Both the position numbers and the translations under genes were made by a program. The notes beneath the pieces were generated by a model. The model was given only the letters and a program-made list of their open reading frames with translations, searched no databases and was not told where the DNA came from. A DNA stretch of 64,000 nt, from assembly GCF_009914755.1 (NCBI RefSeq), contig NC_060931.1. The stretch is one strand, 5' to 3'. This DNA is from the human T2T-CHM13v2.0 reference genome, Homo sapiens. Below, piece by piece: positions 14,930 through 27,463 of this stretch (position 1 is its first letter; every line of letters begins with the position of its first letter).

Positions 14930-15700
14930 GCTACTTTTCTGCTCAAAATCCTCCAATGCCAACAGTTGCTTGTTTTCCTTTGACTACAAGCCAGATCTCT
15001 TACTATGACACAGCAGACTGCTGGTCATGCTCGTCCCATGCCCAACCATTTCTAACTCCCGCTTCTTCCTATTCTTCCTTCTGTCACTCAGTGGACTCTT
15101 TGTATACCTGAATGATGCCGGGAAAATTCCAGAATTAGAACATTTGCATTTGTATTTCTTCTGTCTGGAATATTTTCCCCAGGCATTCACATGGCTTGCT
15201 GGATAACTACCTTACACATTCAAATGTTATTTTCTCAGTGAAGCCTTTTGCAGCTTTTGCTGTATTTGAAAAGGCAATCCCCATTCACAGGGTCTATACT
15301 TCCCTTCCTTGATGTAGCTTTTCTCCCAGCCATTATCACTGGCAAACTATATATATATATATATGTTTAATTTTAATTATTTTGCTTACGATCTGTTTTT
15401 CCGCCACTAGAATGGAAGAATATAAGCTCCAAAACTTTTTTTTTTTAATCGAATTTTTAAAACTAACTTTGAGACAGGGTCTTGCTGTGTTGCCCAGGCT
15501 GATCTTGAATTCGTGGGTTCAAGTGATCCTCCTATCTCGGCTTCCCAAAGTGCTGGGATTACAGGCATGAGCCACCACACCCTGCCCAAGCTCCAAAAAT
15601 GTATAAATGCTTATTGCACTGTGGTTTCCTTAGATACATTCCCTAGATCTGTATCTGTCATATCGTAAGCACTCAATAATATTTGTTGAATGCATGGGTG
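14930..15700 (+). mobile_element. L2 3' remnant interrupted by a FLAM
   Basis: ctgctcaaaatcctccaatg at the start and the L2 terminal motif aagcactcaataatatttgttgaatg. Confidence 0.6.
15435..15587 (-). mobile_element. Free left Alu monomer (FLAM_C-like)
   Basis: Single Alu left arm with its own 11-bp TSD AAGCTCCAAAA (15424-15434 / 15588-15598). Confidence 0.85.
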
Positions 15701-16584
15701 TGTTACAAAACAAACATATAACAGATAATGCATAGGGGTTTGATAGAGAAATGTTTGTGGTGAGAGGGGCAGAAGTAGAGTTTAGGGCTGAGAAGTCACT
15801 AGGAACAAATCAGTAGAGACTCTTCAATCTCAGCAAATAGGTAATATTTTTAAAGTTAATGAAGTTGTGTAAGATAGAGACTGTAAATGGGTGACCATTT
15901 GGTTTTATTTGCTTAAATTAATGCTTGCCTTTATGACCATTATATTGAAAAGACGTTTATGACCCTTTAAAGAAGACATCAGGTTTGAAGGCTATTCCAT
16001 CATGAGTCAAAGAAAGATTTGGAGTACTACTGCAGGACAAGGCTCTTGATAGAGATTTGTGAGAAAAAAAATAAAAAATGGAAGCAGTGTCAGACACTAG
16101 AAAGTTTTATGCCAGAGGCTGACTGTAACAGAAAAGATCAAAACCAATCTAATTTAATTAATGTATCTTTAATTAGGTGAAGGTAAATCTGCAGGTCTGG
16201 ACACAAATGACAAACAGTTTATCATCAGAATCATGTCAGAAAGTGACAGAATTACTAAAATATGATGTGGCTTCTTTGCTTATCAGAAGAACTAAAGGAA
16301 GGCAGTTACAAAGAGGCTAAAGGTAAAACTGGAATATATTTATTCTACAGAAAATATATTACCATGGGGGACACTGTAACTGAACTTTTCTGATTGATTC
16401 AAGAAGAGCAAACTGGAAAGTGCTCTAGCAGAGAGGGATGTTGTTATAGATGAAAGGGGTTTAGAGCCTAGAAGATGAAGTCACTTGTCTAGAGTCTCAC
16501 AGGATAGTCCTGACCAAGCCAGAACTGGGACCAAAATGACTTTAAACTGTTCCTAGATTGAGTAGCTTGGATCTATTTAACTTT

Positions 16585-16850
16585 TACTTTTTTATTTTTT
16601 TATTTTCCTTTAAGTTCTTGGATACATGTGCAGAACGTGCAGGTTTGTTACATAGATATACATGTGCCATGGTGGTTTGCCGCACCTATCAACCTGTCAT
16701 CTAGGTTCTAAGCCCTGCATGCATCAGGTATTTGTCCTAATGCTCTCCCTCCCATTTACCCTGCACCCCCCAACAAGCCCTGGTGTGTGATATTCTCCTT
16801 TCTGTGTCCATGTGTTCTCATTTTTCAACTCCCACTCATGAGTGAGAACA
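16585..16850 (-). mobile_element. 5'-truncated L1PA (about PA8-13) 3' end
   Basis: Poly-T followed by atacatgtgcagaacgtgcaggtttgttacatag... TSD ttaacttt (16577-16584 / 16851-16858). Confidence 0.85.
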
Positions 16851-16874
16851 TTAACTTTCGTTAATTCCTCTTTC

Positions 16875-17630
16875 TACTCAACTAATATTTCTGAAGCCCT
16901 ACTATGTGCCAATTATTGTGCAATCTCTGCTTTCTTAACTTTTAATGTGGGGGGACAGACTTTAAAAAAATAAAATGTGTGCAAGTAAAGGGGAGATGAA
17001 TGCTAGGGAGAAAATTAAAGCAGGAAGAGGAGGCAGAGAGCAGCTGTAGAATAGGAAAGGAAAGGCTGGCACTGGAAGAGAAGAAGGAGTGGGTCCTGAG
17101 GGTGCCGAGGAAAGACAAAGGAAGCAGCAGGTGCAGAGGCACTAAGGAGGGACCCTGCTGATGTGTTTGAGGAATGAAAGGTCCATATGGCTGGTGCCAA
17201 AGGAGCAAGGAGGGAGGATTGACATGTGAGGGCATAGAGGCGGGGAGGAGCCAGGTCACGGAGGGACTTCAGCTGTTTTAAGGACTTGACTTCTACTGGA
17301 ACAAGACCCGCTGCCATTGAAGGCTTTGAGCAGAGTATCAGAATCTCACTTATATTTGAAAAACCTCACCCTGACTCCCGTGTTGAGTGTAGATGTGAGG
17401 AGGCAAGGGTGGAAAGCAGCAGACTGGTTAGGAATCAGGATGGCTTTAACCCTAGTAGTGGTGGTGGGTTGGCAGGAGGCGTGTTCAAATTTTGGAAATA
17501 CACTGAAGGTAGAGCAGAGAGGATTCATGGGCAGGCTTGATGATGAATGCAGAAGAAAGAGAGGCATTAATGGTGACTCCTGGGTTTTGTCTTGAGCACC
17601 TGAAAGAATGGAGTTGCCATGTACCAAAAT
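16875..17630 (-). mobile_element. L2 remnant
   Basis: aatatttctgaagccctactatgtgcc, a purine-rich body, and ggagttgccat, all typical of antisense L2. Confidence 0.55.
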
Positions 17631-19228
17631 AAGACCAAATGAGGAGGAAGTTCAATAAGTCTCTTTTAATCTACAGCACGCTCTCTCTTGCGCTCTGTCT
17701 CTCTCTCACCACTTCTTTCCTCTCTACCCACTTCCTTTGCAATTTATCAGTTGATAAAACTATATTGGTCTATAGAGTTTCCCACGGGCAGGGATTTCAT
17801 GGAGTATTTCCCTGTGTGCTATTTAATATGTTCCTCTCTCCCTTATAAATTCTGGAAATCCAGAATTTAGGTCTATAGACTTGGTCAAATTCATGCTTGA
17901 TTTTTATCAATAGTACATTACGTGTAACATTGATTGTGTATTTTCATCCAAAGGTGCATCATGTGTGGTTTCACTTGTGGTTATATTAGCAGCCATTGAT
18001 AATCATTGCTTAGATCCTACTAAATTTGTCAGAAGTTAGGAAATCATGATACTCTAATCCCACCATTTAGTCTTCTTTTATGAGCTGAAATATCTCCATA
18101 AAGACAATATTTGGTTTCATTAAGGTTCCTATAACAAAGAAAGGCCAAAGGCTTGATTCTTCTCTTTATTCGCCAATATTCAAAATAATGAGTTGGTTAC
18201 CTAGCATCTTCCAAAATTAAACATTTTTAACAATTTTAATAAAATTAAGGATTTAAATATATTTGATATGCCTCAATCCATTGCAGAATATTCTTGTTGA
18301 TGTTCAGATTGGCCCATCTTTGGCCCTGGGTGTTTTTGAACTGCCCTCAGTCTCTAATTGCTTCTTTTTTTCTACTGGGATATGTTCCTGGCTCATCTTT
18401 CATCTTGCACATTTCCAGCCGTAGAAGCCATCATTTCTCCAGGGATCCTAGTTTTATCTTAGAGGAAATGGTATTTAGTGATCACAGTCTGGTGCACGAG
18501 GTCAGTCCTTGTGTAGGAGCTTTTTCAGTGCACAGAGGCAAGACATATGCCACATTTAAAATTAGATAACATTATCTTAGGTTCTTAGAGATGCTTCTAA
18601 CTAAAATTTAAAAGTATATGGAGCTTTTATTTAACCTTATCTATTTTATATCTGCTTCTTTTCTCGCAGTGAAATTTTCAGGGTCAAAATCACCAAGATA
18701 ATTAGTCACTTGCTTTATTCCACATGTACAGAACATTTCAATAGCAGAGAATGCAATGTCTAATTTTGCCTAAAAGGTCAGTGTGAAGAGAACATTTGTT
18801 GACAAGATGAGGATACATATTCTGATGAGAGCAAACACCATGTAGGAAGACTCAGAGGCTTGAAAGAGAGCATAGTTCATTTAGGAAAGAGAAAATCCTG
18901 TTCCACCAGAGGAATGATGGATGACAAAGTCAGCAAGAAGTTGGGACATAATGAGCCTGATATTCAATGCTGCAGATGTTAGAGCACCAACAAGATACAA
19001 AAGCTTTTTTTTTTTTTCTTTTTTTGCCTTGCTTTCAGGAGGTATCTTGCATTTGTTTTCAATAAAAATATTACTTTCCTACTTTGTCCTCATAAGCAGA
19101 ACTTAGGGATGAGCAAAGAGCAGGGGGTTTTAAGGATTGCTCTCCTTAACACTGTTCTACACCAGCTCAGTAAAAAGACCATTTAAGTGTGGCTCAATTA
19201 TTTTCTGACATTTGGAGAAGCATTTGCA

Positions 19229-19268
19229 TACTAATGATCCAGGGTCCTGGTTGTTTTTCTCCCCACAG
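19229..19268 (+). promoter_or_regulatory. 3' splice site: branch point TACTAAT (putative branch A 19234), polypyrimidine tract and CAG acceptor
   Basis: TACTAAT is a 6/7 match to TACTAAC, about 35 nt upstream of the exon, followed by ttgtttttctccccacag. Confidence 0.7.
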
Positions 19269-19469
19269 AGGACAAAGTGTGGACCATAGTGTCTCATGAC
19301 TTGCAGATGCAGACGCCTGTGGTCGGCTACAACCCAGAAAAATACTCAGTGACACAGCTCGTTTACAGCGCCTCCATGGACCAGATAAGTGCCATCACTG
19401 ACAGTGCCGAGTACTGCGAGCAGTATGTCTCCTATTTCTGCAAGATGTCAAGATTGTTGAACACCCCAG
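19269..19469 (+). CDS. CNTNAP2: CNTNAP2 (contactin-associated protein-like 2, CASPR2) internal coding exon, probably exon 13; part of the fibrinogen-like domain
   Basis: Translates to (E)[66 protein letters not shown], which I recognise as CASPR2. Acceptor ttgtttttctccccacag ends at 19268 and donor CCAG|gtaggc starts at 19470. Length 201 nt, phase 1-1. About 6 CpGs retained in a CpG-poor background. Confidence 0.96.
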
Positions 19470-20189
19470 GTAGGCTGAGAATGGAATGTTACTTTTAATC
19501 ACTATCTCAGCTGGTGCTTAGAATTGCCTAAAGAATCCAACAGGTGTGGTTCATTATCTTATAGTCTAGTCTTCAGTAGGAAGGAAGCTGTAAATAAGTA
19601 AAATAAAATCATTGGGCTTGTTTTCTGGGGAATGAAGCTAAGAAAGAATGATTTTGAGGAAAAAATAGTCCATTGTTTTAAACTTACGGATTTTTAAATT
19701 GTATGTGCATATATGTTTCTAGTGCTTAACTGTCAGTAGTGGCTGTGGGACAAAGTTTATCAGAGCTCCTTGTGAACATTCAAGCAATTCCCTTTGAGAG
19801 CTTCAGGTGTCTTTATTGTAAAGATGAAAGCATTCTAAAAATTGTCTACAGCCAAATAGGATATAGAATAGCGATAGAATTTAGAGCTCTTTCTTCCCAG
19901 TAGTTGCTTCACAGTACCTGTTTGTCTCAAGAAGTCTAGCCTGATTTTTTGTTTTCATGATGGCCAACTTTTAGCATGTGCTAGTGTGTGTGTGAGTGTG
20001 CACATGCAAACACACATACATGTGTGCAAGACTGTGTCCGGGTGTAGAGAACAGAGAGATTCCAAAAGATATACTGGAAATAACTTTACTGCAACAAGTT
20101 CCATATGCTCTGGGAGTCTTGGCAGTAAATTCGAGATGTTGTCAGAAAACTGCATCTCTGTGTCTGTAGTAAAACACAGTGGAAATAAG

Positions 20190-20640
20190 TCAAAGAAACA
20201 TGAGCTCATAATTTCCAACCTTACCACTTCCCAAGTATGTGACTTTGGTGGAGTGAGTTGACCTCTTTTTAAAATTTTACCTTAATTGACAAAATTGTAT
20301 ATGTCTTTCGTGTACAATATGATATGATATATATATATATATAGTGCAATGGCTAAATCAAACTAACATATGCCTTGCCTCATACATTTATTATTTTTTG
20401 TGAAGCAAATACTTAAAATCCATGCTTAGCAGTTTTCGAGATATAATAAATACATTGCTATTAACCGTAGTCACCATGTTATACAATAGACCTTTTGATA
20501 TTAAGCCTCAGTTTCCAGCGACTTTTTCTGTCAAGGAGAAATTATAATGCCTACTTCAGGGTGATTGGGAGAATTTCATAAGGTAATATACTAGGTACTT
20601 ATAAGACTTGATACACTTAAGGACATGATAAGTAGCAAGT
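20190..20640 (+). mobile_element. MIR split by an antisense L1MA 3' fragment (~20265-20500)
   Basis: MIR core halves ccacttcccaagtatgtgactttgg and gcctcagtttcc...ataatgcctacttcagggtg flank an L1MA-type attgacaaaattgtatat... segment. Confidence 0.6.
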
Positions 20641-20781
20641 AGTATATTGATTTTTTAAAATCATGTTAAGCAACTTTGTGCTATGTCAGAGACCAATGGG
20701 CTGTTGGATGCCCCAAAACAGCAATGAATTGAAAGCAATGTTGTAGGGAGCAGTTTACAGAGAAGAGTTATAAGCAAACAG

Positions 20782-21407
20782 TGATAAGGCTCCGATGACT
20801 GAAGGAACACCAAGGTTCTTAATCTCACGCAGAACTGGATAAAACGACATGGACATACGTGGAGTGGTTTTAAGGAGAGGAGAGTTTAACAGGCAAGAAA
20901 GAAGGAAGGAGGAAAAAAACAGCTCCCTCATACAGAGACAGAGAGAGGAAGGGATTCCAATGAGAGAAAACCCTGTGTGTGGTGGTAAAGTGGCTGCTTA
21001 TATGAGGAGGCTGGAGGAGGTGGTACCTGACTTGCATAGGGCTCAGGGAATTGGTTTGACCGGGCACGTTATTCACGTAGCCCAGGGGGAAAACTGGCCC
21101 TCCCACCCTAGCCTTTTAATATGCAAAGGCAGGGCGCCATGATGCTCTACCCACATGGAGATATGTGGGGGCGGCCATGTTGCCAGGCACATGTGAGGGC
21201 AAGGAAGAACAGGGCAGGAATCGCCATGTTTGGGTGGACCCAGTTTCTAATGGCCGGTATTTGCACATCAAAGCTTGCCGGCCTGGCTCTAAGAGCGGGG
21301 GCTTTCCTGCTAGACAAGAAACATTTTGGAGCTGCTTTAAAAGACCCCTTTTCCCCTCTATGTGTCTAAAATAATTTCTTAATAATTTCTTAATAACTTC
21401 TATAACG
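20782..21407 (-). mobile_element. ERV1-class solo LTR (LTR9-like)
   Basis: Minus strand begins (T>C)GTTATAGAAGTTATTAAGAAATTATTTTAG and ends CTTATCA. 4-bp TSD acag/atag. 626 bp long. Confidence 0.75.
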
Positions 21408-21573
21408 ATAGTACACAATATTGTGAAAATGTGAGTGCTTTCTATGTGCAAAGCCTTGTGCTAGAATTATAGACAGAGTACCCTCTAAGAAATAAGGTTG
21501 GAAAGGAGGGTGGGAGTAAACTGGGAAGGAAAGTAAATGCTGTGCTGTGGAGTTGGGACTTCATCCAGAGGGC

Positions 21574-22123
21574 CAGTACTTCTCAGACTTTAGTGGGCAT
21601 TACAATACCTGGTGAGATAATAAAACCTGCTTTGCTGGGCTCCATTTCCTGAGTTTCTGATTCAGTAGGTCTCAGGTGGTGCTTGAGAATTTGCATTTAT
21701 AATGAGTGCTATGGACTGAATTATGTTCCCCCAAATTCCTGTGTTAAACCCCTAACACCCAATGTGACTATATTTGGAGATTTGGCTTTCAGTAAGTAAT
21801 TAAGATTAAATGAGGTAGATCATAATGGTGGGGTCCTAGTCCAATAGGATTGGTGGCCTCAGGAGAAGAAACAGAGCTCTGTCATGTGAGGGCATAGCAA
21901 AAAGGCAGCCACCTGTAAGCCAGGAAGAGAGCCCTCACCAGAAACAGAATCAGCCAAAACCTTGATCTTTCACTTCCCAGCCTCCAGAACTGTGAGAAAA
22001 TAAATTTCTGTCATTGAAGCCACTCAATCTATGGTATTTTGTTATGGAAGCCTGAGCAGATGAATACAATGGGGTTCCAAGTGATGCTGATATTCCTGCT
22101 CTAGAGACCATGCTGAGAACCAG
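21574..22123. mobile_element. MER5A (hAT-Charlie MITE) interrupted by MLT1A
   Basis: cagtacttctcagact...ctgattcagtaggtct...gagaatttgcattt, resuming with gtgatgctgat...gagaaccag. Confidence 0.7.
21707..22068 (+). mobile_element. MLT1A-like MaLR solo LTR
   Basis: tgctatggactgaattatgttccccc...cctccagaactgtgagaaaataaatttctg...gaataca. TSD atgag/atggg. Confidence 0.8.
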
Positions 22124-22160
22124 CACAACTCTTTTTTCTGTTCACTTTCACTTATCATAG

Positions 22161-22194
22161 GTGTGTGTGTGTGCGTGTGTGTGTGTGTGTGTGT
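22161..22194 (+). repeat. (GT)n microsatellite, about 17 units with one interruption
   Basis: Seen directly. Confidence 0.95.
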
Positions 22195-23122
22195 TTTAAC
22201 TGGATTCTGTTTCCAGTGCCAGGAAAAGTCAAAGACTGTATGTAGAAGACCAAGGGCAATAAGAGCCACTAATGAACCTCATCAGCTTGTCTTCACTGTT
22301 TCATGAGCGGCTGCTCCTTATTGAAGCCCTTTTCACAGATTCCAGTTAATTAGTCTTCAGTCCTGGGGTAGGGGTGGAGGTGGGGACAAATTCCTGACCA
22401 GCAAAAGAACCTTGGTACTCTCAGCTTTATGTTCTTTATTTTCTTTCTTTCTTGTATTAAACTCCAAAGTCAGCTTTCAGTTTTTGAATTTTGCTCTGGT
22501 AATTAAAAAACACAGTATGGCTTCCAAATATGTTCAACTTACGGTTGAGGTACCAGGAGAATTAGACTAGAGGTGGGAAAATAGTTCACCTTTAGTGCTC
22601 CTGGTCTTGCAGTTCAGCATCTTTCTTTCCCCCTCATTGACATTCCTTGTCTCTTCCCCTCGGCCACCGTGAAGCCTCACACACATAACCACTCTCCTTT
22701 ACAAAACATAAAATGTACAAAACATCAGGAAAAATGGGATAAACTTGTTATTAAGCACTCTGTTAGTTGCATTTCCTAATAATGAGATGAAGACATTTTT
22801 CTTTAACCTCTAGATACCCCTTTCACGAGAAAAACTGCTAAATTGAAATCAAGAGTAAACTTTTAATCTGAACAGTAAATATATCACTTTCTTTGTATTT
22901 CTAGACATCTAGACACTGGGTTTCCCATCATTTGTAGATTATTATTGTACATAATAAATAATACTTCAAAAATCAGTTTCTCATAAGCTTCTTGCCTGTT
23001 TGGACATTCTATATATATATCAAATCTTTGGTTCACATAGGATTTGTACTTAACAAATGTTTGCTGATTCAAATGAAATGAATAATATATAGCTTTAAGT
23101 GTTACCTCACCCAACCTTGGGG

Positions 23123-23289
23123 CAGTGGTTTAAGCAGGAGTGTGCATCAAAATTTTTAGGTTGCTTGTCAAAATGTGGATTGAATGGCCTTACTCCCAGG
23201 CTTTGATAGAGCTTGGTTGGGGCCTCAGAATATTTGCTTTTAACAAACACCCATGGGTAATTCTGTGAATCACACATTGAGAAACACTG
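23123..23289. mobile_element. MER5-family hAT MITE
   Basis: cagtggttt...tgtgcatca...ttttaacaaacaccc...ttgagaaacactg termini. Confidence 0.55.
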
Positions 23290-24446
23290 TCTTTAATTTA
23301 TGGCATGAAGGTTTCTCATGTTGGAATTTAAGGTGTTAGTCCTTCATGTGGGAGAAGATTAAAGGGAATATTAGGGCTTGTCTGACCCATTGAAATAAAA
23401 TGGCATACATAGTTACCTCCTTCAGCTAAAATAAATTGGCATAATAAAAATTTTAAATCCTTCTGATATACCAGTCTCTAAATATCGTAAAGTGAATTTC
23501 AGCTTACCCTTCTGAGTCATTTTTTACACTCCCAATTTTCATTTTCCAGGCCTACTAATCTGCAGAATAGCTGACGCAAGGAAAAGGAGTGGTTGAGACA
23601 GCAAGTTCCTTGTATTGTTATATTTTGCATATGTCAAAACAAGAAAGAACACAATTTAATAAAAATCTTTAATTTGTGTTTTAAAGAAGCTAATGTTTAC
23701 TGTAATTGATTTTTTTTTCCTCCTTCATGGTAACATTCAATTTTAAATATCCATTTACTTATTCTTAACTAAGACTGAAATTATATTAGAACTTCTGTAG
23801 TAGTACTTGTGACATCTGTTCAAATACAAAGTATATTCATTATAGTGATTGCAATTAAAATGAATATCAAATGAGTTTGTAATAGCTTTGCGCTTAAAAT
23901 GTTATTTTTTATTTTAAGAGCTTTACGCTCAAGAGTTCATTTGGGGCTCTATAGTTTCTAATGATACTTATGATAAAGAGTTGATATTCATATGGACCTC
24001 ATTTTTATTTTGATAAATATTCTTTTATACCATACCATTAGCTAGTAAATGTAAAATTACCCATTATTAGTATCTTCCAATTTTTACAAGGATAGTAATA
24101 CATGCCTTGTAATGTGCTCTCTTTTATTACTACAAAACTTAAAAATGGAAACAAATTAAAAATAATGATTTTGCCAGTATTTATGGTCATGTCCATTCTC
24201 GCAATGTAACTGTTACTTCAGTTGTCCTCAGCTTTACAAAATACACAGAAATGGAAAAATAAAAAGTTATTTTATTTTACGTAGAAAAGCCTGCTTAGAA
24301 TGAGGCATACCAATTTGGGAATCACCAAATTAGTTCTACCCAAACAGAGAAAAATCATTAATGGTCATCCAAATGGATGTCTACATGATTTATATTTATA
24401 TCCCCGGATTTGTAAATGTAATATTACCTTAACTTATGAAGGGCTA

Positions 24447-24942
<496 letters not shown>

Positions 24943-27147
24943 TTAAAATGTTTATTTGTGTATCTTACATACATTGTAGTCATATATTTATTTTACAAAT
25001 CATATTACACTTTCTAGTTAAGAATTTTTTTGCTGAAGTATTGATTCCTTACATATATATTTATTTAATTGTAGAGATAAAAAGTTATCTTCCCTATTTT
25101 TCTGGCTATATTTAGCCCTGTTTTGTTGGTTTCCAGTGTTTTTCCTCTTTTAATTTTTCAGTGTTGGCTAGTTTTCATGAATGATACTTTTTACTGCTTC
25201 TTTTGTTGAAAGAAGCAATATAAATTATATATATTTTTGGATAGTTTACTATTAGATTTTGTATCTATTGAAATTGAATTATGCTTACAATTTTTGCCTA
25301 TAAAGTAAGCTGTGTAAAATTCAGCATACTTTATGATACTAAACTGTGATTTAGTGGCTTTGAAAAGACAAGAAAACATGACTCTGGCATTGTAACATAT
25401 AATCTATTTTTAGCAAGAAATTCTAAACTTTGGTGCGGCTATCAAGCAAATGAATTTCAAGTTATGCTGTGCATTATAAGAAGCTGCAGCATTTAACTCT
25501 TAAGACGACATGGATAAATCAATTCCAATAAAAGATTTTTCAGTAAATAAAATTTATTGTGACTAATCAGTGTATTAATCAGAAGATTATTTACTTAATT
25601 ATTATACCCACTCATTGTATTAAAATTGGGTGATATAATTAAATGAGACAAGCAACGAGGATAGTAATAACTAAAGGGTAAAATTAGAAAATTGTATCGA
25701 GTAATGTTTCATACTCAGACAACTAGCATCTGCATGATGGGCACTGTAATTGAAGGGGACAGAGGGATTGCAGGGAGAAGAGTAAGCAACTATTTCAACA
25801 ATATGGATAGGAGTTGATGAGAACCTCAACTGGAATAATGAGTAGGAGAATAAGTCAACAAATATTTTTTAGTTTTGCCTGTGTATCAGGAAGTGTGACA
25901 TATAAGCTGATATGGGAAAGATTCATATGAGTTAACTAAGAAAAAAATGAGAGAAGGATTCTGGGTTAGCGATGTCAGCATATTCAATGATTCAGAGATG
26001 GAGATCAAGAGACACTAATTTGAAGGAAGTGAGAGGCGTCAGAATGGCTGGAGTAGTGAACTTGAAGGTGGGAGAGGCAGAAAAATGGAAACCGGAAATT
26101 AATTCAGAGTCTCTACCTAATGTTGAGGATTTTATTTGAATGGCAAACAGAATGATTTCAAGTAGGGAAGTTCTGGCTGTTCCATGGATACTGGAGTGGA
26201 GGAAGCAGAGGTGGTGGGAAGAGTCTGTCCGCACCAGAGTGCACATGGACTGCATGTCTGGGAGGCCAGCTGGGACTTGAGAGAAAGTTTGTTGTTGTTG
26301 TTGTTGCTGTTATTGTTTTTAAGTTTAGATGCTGGAATCAACAGGAGTTGTGATTACTTATATATACAGGAGGAAGAAAATTCAAGGGTGACTCAAGTTT
26401 CTGACTTGAAAAACTGGCCAACAGTTCTAAGGCTTACCTTGTTTATTAAGAAAAAACTGGAGAATTGGTGGTCACTTAGCTTTAACATGCAAAGTGATGG
26501 CACTAGGAATACAGGTTTTTATGTGATCTGTGATGGCTGATGGCATAGTGTAAAATCCTTTTAACTGACATCAAAAGATTAATGAATTAAATTTTTTCTT
26601 CCTTGAAATTTTCTTAAACATACTCTACAACTAAAATAAAATGGAAGAACTAAGAGTATCATCAGAATCCTAATGTTTTCCATTCTTGTATTTATATTGA
26701 AAGATCAGAAAACATATAGTCAAGACTGACCTATCTCAATTATGTACCAATTTTTTTTTTCCTCATGCAAAGCCTCCTGTATTGCTTCAGCTTCCTGGGC
26801 TGCCTTGGTTTCATGGCACCTGCATGATGTCTGAAGCAAGGGAGGAGCAGGCTGCAAACCTAAGCGCAGACAATTAAATACTCCTGCAAGGAAGTAACAC
26901 GTTGTGTGTGTGTACATTTTATGGACCAAAGCAAGTCACATGTTTTGCTGGGCCTAACTTTAGAAGAGGACAAAGTACAATCTTCCCATGTACTCAGGAG
27001 CAAAGATCACGTGGACTTATTGAATAGTTGTAATGCCTTCTTAAGATGACTCAGAGAGGTAATGGGAGGAGAAAGAAAAGAACGCAGAAGAAAAGAAAAA
27101 TACTAATTTTGTTTATTTGTTTGTGGATGGAATGTTATTATGTTCAC

Positions 27148-27463
27148 TTTTTTTTTTTTTTTGAGACGGAATCTCACTCTGTCACCAGGCTGGAGTGCAG
27201 TGGCATGATCTAGGCTCACTGCAACCTCAGCCTCCTGGGTTCAAGTGATTCGTGATTCTCCTGCCTCAGCCTCCTGAGTAGCTGGGACTACAGGCGCATG
27301 CTGCCACGCCCAGCTAATTTTTTTTCTTTTTTTTTTGTATTTTAGTAGAGACAGGGTTTCACCATGTTGCCCAGACTGGTCTAGAACTCCTGAGCTCAGG
27401 CAATCTGCCCGCCTTGGCCTCCCAAAGTGTTAGGATTACAGGCGTGAGCCACCGCGCCCGGCC
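27148..27463 (-). mobile_element. Alu (AluS)
   Basis: Dimeric Alu with TSD gttcacttt on both sides. Confidence 0.92.

Noticed and set aside
17900-18720. Possible ancient L1M fragment
   Set aside because: The similarity is too faint to set family or boundaries by eye.
21689-21696. Octamer ATTTGCAT
   Set aside because: It is part of the ordinary MER5A sequence, with no independent support.
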